A stretch of DNA of 64,000 nt from Brevinematales bacterium (GTDB lineage: Bacteria; Spirochaetota; Brevinematia; DTOW01): positions 74,022-138,021 of the forward strand of contig JAOAHF010000001.1 of assembly GCA_026415355.1 (NCBI GenBank), read 5' to 3'. The position numbers and the translations under genes are program-made. Positions within the stretch are counted from its first letter, which is position 1. Each line of letters starts with the position of its first letter. This document shows positions 58,330 through 64,000 of this stretch, piece by piece. The notes beneath the pieces are model-generated. The model was not told where the DNA came from and ran no database searches. It worked only from the letters and a program-made list of their open reading frames with translations.

Positions 58330-60387
58330 ATGGAATATGCTTATTTAATTCTTTTTGTTTTTTTAATTCTCTTTTTTGCTTTTTTAGTTGGAAAATTATC
58401 TGATAAGGTTTCAAGAAAAGATTTTACTTTGTCTAGAATGAATCTTGTTAAGAGATTTATTACTGTTTCTCTTTCTTCTGTTAATGATATTTTAAGTTCA
58501 GGAAGTGTGATTTTATCTAATCAGAGGTTTAATCGTATTTCTGGAAATGTTAGATCTTTGGATGATCTGATGTTAGAGTTTGTTAAACTTTTACAAAAGC
58601 TCTTTGAAGCAAAATTTGTTGTTAGTTTGAAAGTTTCAAAAGAAGGTTTAGTATATCAGGTTTCTACTGATCCTTTCTTTCCTTTTATCTCTGGTATTTC
58701 AAAGCTCAAAGAGATTTTCGAGAGTAGTAAACCATCTGAGATAATTGAAGAAAAAGTGCTAAAGTTATTATCAAAAAGCATGAATAAGCACAGGTTTGTT
58801 ATACCTAGCGATTTATCTATTTTTACTTTGAAGGATGTTGTAGAAGTGTGTAGAGAAATAAAGTCAAATTCTATTCTTCTTGTACCTTTGTATAGAGACG
58901 AGGGAATCTCAAATCTGATTATAGTCTTTACTAATAATTACAACATGTATTATGATTCCCAGATAATGGTTAATATACTGAGTGATTTTTTGTCTTTATT
59001 CTTATTGTATGTTTCTGCCAAGCAATCTTTGAGACATTTTGTTTTAGAGCATGGTCCTGAGAGTAGTGATGTTAGATTGGTGTTTTACGAAGTTTTGTTT
59101 AATACAAGATCAAACGAAGTAATAAGTAAAACTCCGGAGGATGAAAAGTTTTGGGTTTTTTGGAAGTTAGTTAATATAGGTGAACTTAAGGAGGGACTAA
59201 AGTATAATAAGATTTTTACCATAACTAGATTTTCTGAAGTAGAAGAACTTGGTGGGGTATTGTTGGAGATTGTTTCAGAATATATAGATGATAGTAGGAT
59301 AAGAATAAAGATATATGGTGTAGAAAAATCTTTTGTGAACAGAATGGATGAAGTATTTTTAAGAGTTTCAGATTTGATAAATTTGCCTATAGTCATATTT
59401 GAAAAAGTAGGTGGTAGGATAGTTAAGTTGAATAAGAATTTTATTGATACTTTTAGTGAGTATAACAATCTTAATAGTCTTGATGATCTTAAATCAAAAC
59501 TGAAGTATATTTCTGAAGGTAAGGTTATACAGTCTGATGTTGTATATTCTATTGAGCCTTTGTATGTTGAGGAATCAAAGTTTGGTAGTATTTTTTTCTA
59601 TCCAGTACAAATAGTAAACCAAAAAACTGCTATTGATTTACATTATGAAGCAATGAGAATTAGAAAGATAGTTTCTTCCGTTGAGGCTTTTAGTGGTATT
59701 GATAAATTAAGAAATATAAACTTTTACTTTAAGTATCAACCTGCTGACAAAATTTTGGAGGTAGGAGGAGATTTCTTTGTTGCATTAGAGATAGGTAAGA
59801 AAACTTTTGTTGGTGTATTTGATGTTTCAGGACATAATATATCTTCAGCTTTTGTGGCTAGTAATATTAAAAACATAATCGAGAGATCTATTCTAGAAGA
59901 TAGAAATATTCAAAAAACAATTGAGTACATTAATAATTTGATTTACTCCCTTAACCAAGATAATTCGGAAATATATACATACATAACTGGTATATTGTGT
60001 GAAGTAGATGTTGATAGGATGAGAATGAAGATTATATCAGCAGGTCATAGATATGGTGTTATTCTTAAGGAAGATGGAATAGTGACATTTCAAAAGCTGA
60101 TACATATTCATAAGCCTATTGGTATAAAGAAGGATGAGGAGTACCGTCCAGAAGAAATTTATATTAACAGAGGTGACAAGTTCTTTCTCTATACAGATGG
60201 TATAGTAGAACTTGAGGATGTAAAAAAAGGTGAGGTTGATGAGAGTAAAATAATTGACTTGATTGTTTTCTTTAAGAATCTTTCGGTTAAAGATACAATA
60301 CAAGAAATATTTTCGTACATAAGAGCTTTAAAGGAGGTTAGAATTAGAGATGATTTTATAATACTAGGGTTTAGCATCAAAAGTTAG
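58330..60387 (+). CDS. membrane-anchored PP2C-type (SpoIIE/RsbU-family) protein phosphatase with large N-terminal sensor region
   Basis: N-terminal TM LILFVFLILFFAFLV. The C-terminal about 230 aa carry VGGDFFVALEIG...VGVFDVSGHNISSAF (metal-binding DxSGHG-like) and DKFFLYTDGIVE (PP2C/SpoIIE motifs). Confidence 0.8.
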   Translation: MEYAYLILFVFLILFFAFLVGKLSDKVSRKDFTLSRMNLVKRFITVSLSSVNDILSSGSVILSNQRFNRISGNVRSLDDLMLEFVKLLQKLFEAKFVVSLKVSKEGLVYQVSTDPFFPFISGISKLKEIFESSKPSEIIEEKVLKLLSKSMNKHRFVIPSDLSIFTLKDVVEVCREIKSNSILLVPLYRDEGISNLIIVFTNNYNMYYDSQIMVNILSDFLSLFLLYVSAKQSLRHFVLEHGPESSDVRLVFYEVLFNTRSNEVISKTPEDEKFWVFWKLVNIGELKEGLKYNKIFTITRFSEVEELGGVLLEIVSEYIDDSRIRIKIYGVEKSFVNRMDEVFLRVSDLINLPIVIFEKVGGRIVKLNKNFIDTFSEYNNLNSLDDLKSKLKYISEGKVIQSDVVYSIEPLYVEESKFGSIFFYPVQIVNQKTAIDLHYEAMRIRKIVSSVEAFSGIDKLRNINFYFKYQPADKILEVGGDFFVALEIGKKTFVGVFDVSGHNISSAFVASNIKNIIERSILEDRNIQKTIEYINNLIYSLNQDNSEIYTYITGILCEVDVDRMRMKIISAGHRYGVILKEDGIVTFQKLIHIHKPIGIKKDEEYRPEEIYINRGDKFFLYTDGIVELEDVKKGEVDESKIIDLIVFFKNLSVKDTIQEIFSYIRALKEVRIRDDFIILGFSIKS

Positions 60388-62179
60388 TCTTAATAAATAG
60401 GTTTCCTGGTTTCACAGTTGTTTTATATTTAAATTCAGCGTCCAATTCTACAAGTCCGTATTCTCCATCTCTGTCTATGATTTTGCCAGTTGCTATTGTA
60501 TTATAGTTGTTGTTTAGGATGGATGAAATATTGTTGTATGTTATAATGATGTTGTCGTTTAAATTTGGAACTCCTTTTAGGTACTTTACAACTAAAGTAT
60601 TGTCTTTTGAACCTAGAATTATACCATATTCGGGTAATGATGATAGAATTTTCCTAGTTAGGTTTTGGTATATTTCCGAGACAAAAAATTCACTAAATTT
60701 CTGAGATGTTAAGACATTAGTTATAACTCTATAGCTTTTGGGGTCTATAATGGATATGTTTAGTATTAGGTAATCTTTTAGTATCTCTGGTTTTATACTG
60801 ATAACTATATCATATCCTTTATAGGAAAGGGTATTATTCTTTTGGTAACTTATATTAAGTTCTGTATTCGGTAATTTTATACTCTCTAAAGCCCATGTGA
60901 TAGCATTTTGGTAAAATATCTTTTCTATGGGGTAGTTTGATTCTTCGATTTCGATTAGAAATTTCATATTTTTAGGCGATTGTATATCAACTTCCCAATT
61001 TGCGATTTTTGAACTGTTGGATACGAAGTTTACGAGATTTTCGTAAAAATCTTGTATTTTTATATTGTTAACGAAAAGATTTTTCCCTATACTTATTTCT
61101 TGCAGTGCTGTGTAGGGTGAATAGTAGAATTTGTAGTAGTTTCCTAGCTCAAACCATGAATCAAAGTTTAGTGGATTTAATCTTATTGATCTCGAAAGAT
61201 ATATGTTATAATAGGGAATTCCTTTACGTTTAAGTTTCATTGCTTTTTTGTATCTTTCTTCTGATAGATTTTGTCGTTCTCTTGATATTCTTTGAGGACT
61301 TAGTGCTATTTGGCTTTCTTCTATAAAATATCTAATTATTTCGTTTTCAGGGTTTTCGAACTCTTTGACAAGATCTGAGTAGTTTTTTGAGGTATAAAGA
61401 ATAGATGCTATTGTTTCCTTAGGTAAGGGTATAATCTTGGCGTATTCTAGAGATTTTTTGTACTCTTTTAGTTTAAAGTAGATATCGGATAATAAATAGT
61501 ATTCTCTTGAGTTATTACCAGGGAATAATATAGCTTTTTCTAAATTTTTTGCTGATTCTTCTAGTTTACCTACTCTGTAGTAATATTCTCCGTATAGTGA
61601 ATATATTGATTTGTCAACCCTTTCTAAAAGTAATGCTTTGTCGAGGTTTGATTTTGCGTGTTGTAGTTTGCCTGTTGATAGTTGTATTTTCGCCATTTCT
61701 GTGAATATTCTATGGTTGTTGAATATCTTCATATAGGGTGCTAAGAATTTTTCCGCTTCGTATGGATGTTCAGATGCTAAAAGTCTAGAGTATGATACTA
61801 CAAAAGTTAAGTTTGTCCTGGAACTTGAGTTTTTCAAGACTTTTTCTGCTATTTCGATAGCTTTTTTGTTGTTACCTTTTAGTCTTTCTAACTCGATTTG
61901 GAAGGCATTTAATGTTATGTTATCCCTTTCATATCTGAGTGCTTGAGAGAGATACTTTTCAGCGAGCTCATTTTCGTTTACATCAAGTGATATTTGAATA
62001 ATAAAGATGTAATATGGTATACTTGAGGGATGTTTTGTTATCGCTTTTTCTAATTCGTTTATTGCTTCGTAGTGTTTTAGCTGGTTTATTAGATTTGAAA
62101 CCTTTGACAGTGTTTCATCTGCGTTTATATTGCTCAATGTTGAGAGTATTAAGACTACCAAAATCAATATCCTTAGCAT
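60377..62179 (-). CDS. secreted tetratricopeptide-repeat protein
   Basis: Signal peptide MLRILILVVLILSTLSNINA, then multiple 34-aa TPR-like units (e.g. AKSNLDKALLLERVDKSIYSLYGEYYYRVGKLEESAKNLEKA). The 3' end overlaps the PP2C gene's 3' end by 11 nt (convergent). Confidence 0.7.
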   Translation of the reverse strand: MLRILILVVLILSTLSNINADETLSKVSNLINQLKHYEAINELEKAITKHPSSIPYYIFIIQISLDVNENELAEKYLSQALRYERDNITLNAFQIELERLKGNNKKAIEIAEKVLKNSSSRTNLTFVVSYSRLLASEHPYEAEKFLAPYMKIFNNHRIFTEMAKIQLSTGKLQHAKSNLDKALLLERVDKSIYSLYGEYYYRVGKLEESAKNLEKAILFPGNNSREYYLLSDIYFKLKEYKKSLEYAKIIPLPKETIASILYTSKNYSDLVKEFENPENEIIRYFIEESQIALSPQRISRERQNLSEERYKKAMKLKRKGIPYYNIYLSRSIRLNPLNFDSWFELGNYYKFYYSPYTALQEISIGKNLFVNNIKIQDFYENLVNFVSNSSKIANWEVDIQSPKNMKFLIEIEESNYPIEKIFYQNAITWALESIKLPNTELNISYQKNNTLSYKGYDIVISIKPEILKDYLILNISIIDPKSYRVITNVLTSQKFSEFFVSEIYQNLTRKILSSLPEYGIILGSKDNTLVVKYLKGVPNLNDNIIITYNNISSILNNNYNTIATGKIIDRDGEYGLVELDAEFKYKTTVKPGNLFIKTNF

Positions 62180-62287
62180 ATTAAAACATTCTAATTAACG
62201 TAAATTGTAAGTTTCTATTTGTAAAGAGTAACTTTCTTGAAAAGAGAATTTTGAATCCTTTATCTTAAAAGCCTTAGAGAGGGGATT

Positions 62288-63688
62288 ATGGGAATTTTTA
62301 AGTTTGATTACAATTATTGTCTTTCGAATTATATTGGTTCAAGAGTGGGTATTTCTGAAGATGAGCTTAGTTCTTATGAAAAGAAAATAAAGAAACTTCA
62401 CGAAAACTTGATGATAAAGTCTCAGAGAGATTTGGGTTTTTATAATCTCCCATATGATGAAGAAAATCTCAAGGATATCAAAGAAAGACTGAAAAAATTT
62501 AAGGATAGATTCGATACACAAGTTGTTTTGGGTATAGGTGGGTCTGGGTTGGGGCCTGCTGCTTTACAGTCGTCTATCTTGAATTACATCTCAAATGAAC
62601 TTCCTAAGGAAAAGAGAGGAGGTATGAAAACTTACATAATTGACAATGTTGATCCTGACTGGTTTTCTGATATAATGGAGGTTATAGATCCAAACAAAAC
62701 TGTTTTTGTTGTTATAAGTAAATCTGGTTCTACAGCAGAGACAGCAGCTGGTTTTCTAGCTTGCTTTTCTATGTTTAAGTCTGTTTTGGGAAGTAGAATG
62801 AGAGAACATGTTATAGCGGTTACAGATTCACAGAAGGGCGAGTTGAGGAAAATGGTTAACGAATTTAGTCTTGAGTCATTTTCTATACCTGAGAATGTTG
62901 GTGGTAGATTTAGTGTCTTATCTTCTGTTGGACTTGTACCAGGAGAACTCATGGGGATAGATATTGATAAACTTTTAGAAGGTGCTAGAGAAATGGATAA
63001 AGTTTCAAAAAATCCTGAGTTGTTTAGAAATCCTGCTTATCTTAATGCTGTTATAGAGTACATATTCTATTTAAGAGGTATAAATATTTCGGTTTTGATG
63101 CCGTATTCGACTAAATTGAGTAAATGGTCTGACTGGTATGTTCAGTTGTGGGCTGAGAGTCTAGGTAAGAAGGTTGATGTAGATGGTGCTTATGTTTATG
63201 TAGGTCCTACTCCTCTAAGAGCAGTTGGTGCTACAGATCAGCATTCTCAAGTTCAGTTATTTAAGGAAGGTCCTTATGATAAAGTTATAACTTTCATCAG
63301 GGTTGAGAAATTTAATAATGAAGTGAAGCTTGAGTATGATGATAGCTTGAGTAAGTATTCTTCAATGGGGTATCTCATGGGACACACTATGAATGAACTT
63401 ATAGATGCTGAGGAGAAATCAACTGAGGCTGCATTAGCAAAGGAAGGTAAGCCTTCAAAAACAATTATACTTCCAAAAGTAGATGAGTATTACATAGGGC
63501 AAATGATATTTTTCTTTGAAGTTTCTACTGCTATGTCTGGTGAGTTGTATAACATAAACGCTTTTGATCAACCGGGAGTTGAAGAGGGTAAGAACTTTAC
63601 ATATGCTTTGCTTGGTCGCAAAGGATATGAAGAAAAGAAGAAAGAGTTTGAGAAACTGTACAATAAATCAAGTAAATACATAATCTAA
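62288..63688 (+). CDS. pgi: glucose-6-phosphate isomerase
   Basis: VVLGIGGSGLGPAAL (SIS domain), ISKSGSTAET, GGRFSVLSSVGL, and a C-terminal catalytic region with the QPGVEEGK motif. Confidence 0.9.
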   Translation: MGIFKFDYNYCLSNYIGSRVGISEDELSSYEKKIKKLHENLMIKSQRDLGFYNLPYDEENLKDIKERLKKFKDRFDTQVVLGIGGSGLGPAALQSSILNYISNELPKEKRGGMKTYIIDNVDPDWFSDIMEVIDPNKTVFVVISKSGSTAETAAGFLACFSMFKSVLGSRMREHVIAVTDSQKGELRKMVNEFSLESFSIPENVGGRFSVLSSVGLVPGELMGIDIDKLLEGAREMDKVSKNPELFRNPAYLNAVIEYIFYLRGINISVLMPYSTKLSKWSDWYVQLWAESLGKKVDVDGAYVYVGPTPLRAVGATDQHSQVQLFKEGPYDKVITFIRVEKFNNEVKLEYDDSLSKYSSMGYLMGHTMNELIDAEEKSTEAALAKEGKPSKTIILPKVDEYYIGQMIFFFEVSTAMSGELYNINAFDQPGVEEGKNFTYALLGRKGYEEKKKEFEKLYNKSSKYII

Positions 63689-63717
63689 AATGTTTGCTGC
63701 AGTTAGGGATGTTAGAT

Positions 63718-64000
63718 ATGAAAGGTATTCTTGAAATAAGTATAGTACCTATAAAGCTAAATAACCAGAGTGCTAGTTTGTCTGATGTTGTTGCAAAGTT
63801 TTTTAAGTTGTTGTCCTTAAATTCAAAAGTAAAAGTAGAAATATATCCTACTAGTACGGTAGTTTATGGTGAAATAGAAGATGTCTTTGAAGCGTTCAGA
63901 AATGCTGTTGAAAAAACTGTTTCGAGAGATGAAATACCTAGGATTGTTGCATTCCTGAAACTTGATATAAGGGTTGACAAAGAAGCAACTCCTCAAGCTA
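63718..64000 (+). CDS. MTH1187/YkoF-family (DUF77) small protein, 3'-truncated by window edge
   Basis: MKGILEISIVPIKLNNQSASLSDVVAKFFKLL...YPTSTVVYGEIEDVFEAF fits the ferredoxin-like MTH1187/YkoF family pattern (the first beta-strand ends in a conserved Pro; ligand-binding loop). RBS AGGGA. Confidence 0.5.
   Translation, partial: MKGILEISIVPIKLNNQSASLSDVVAKFFKLLSLNSKVKVEIYPTSTVVYGEIEDVFEAFRNAVEKTVSRDEIPRIVAFLKLDIRVDKEATPQA

Overview
This 64 kb window comes from a low-GC (roughly 30% GC) bacterial chromosome with about 55 densely packed genes. Most show strong GGAGG-type ribosome-binding sites and frequent 1-4 nt overlaps between consecutive genes. Gene content and order resemble Thermotogae-like anaerobes (porGDAB, membrane pyrophosphatase, a toga/outer-membrane-type beta-rich protein, tgt, flgL), but I cannot assign the organism from sequence alone.

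Most of the window is housekeeping: glmS, valS, lepB, hppA, hslU, gpmA, nadC, porGDAB, mtnP, adk, infA, trmI, tgt, murF, radA, hslV, recR, pgi. I found no rRNA genes, tRNA genes, CRISPR arrays or transposases.

The parts worth a second look are:
- a single 1028-aa polypeptide that fuses a MrfA-type DExH helicase, a DUF1998 zinc module and a C-terminal DEDDh exonuclease, co-transcribed with a DoxX protein and a secreted beta-rich protein;
- a minus-strand gene string (31.8-40.9 kb) that contains a polytopic membrane protein with a divergent class-III nucleotidyl-cyclase-like domain, an isolated PilM/N-PilO-like pair, and a 721-aa protein with a metallo-beta-lactamase core plus two cNMP-binding domains (candidate cyclic-nucleotide signalling module);
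- an flgL leader with a sigma-28-like promoter and a CsrA-type GGA hairpin;
- a 957-aa protein with an HExxH metallopeptidase-like N-terminal domain and a beta-barrel-like C-terminal region ending in Phe;
- a GAF-GGDEF protein, a coupled 86-aa protein and a membrane PP2C phosphatase;
- split hslU and hslV loci;
- an orphan ExbD/TolR;
- a divergent Hsp70 paralog.

Functional calls rest on motif-level reading of the supplied translations. No database search was run.
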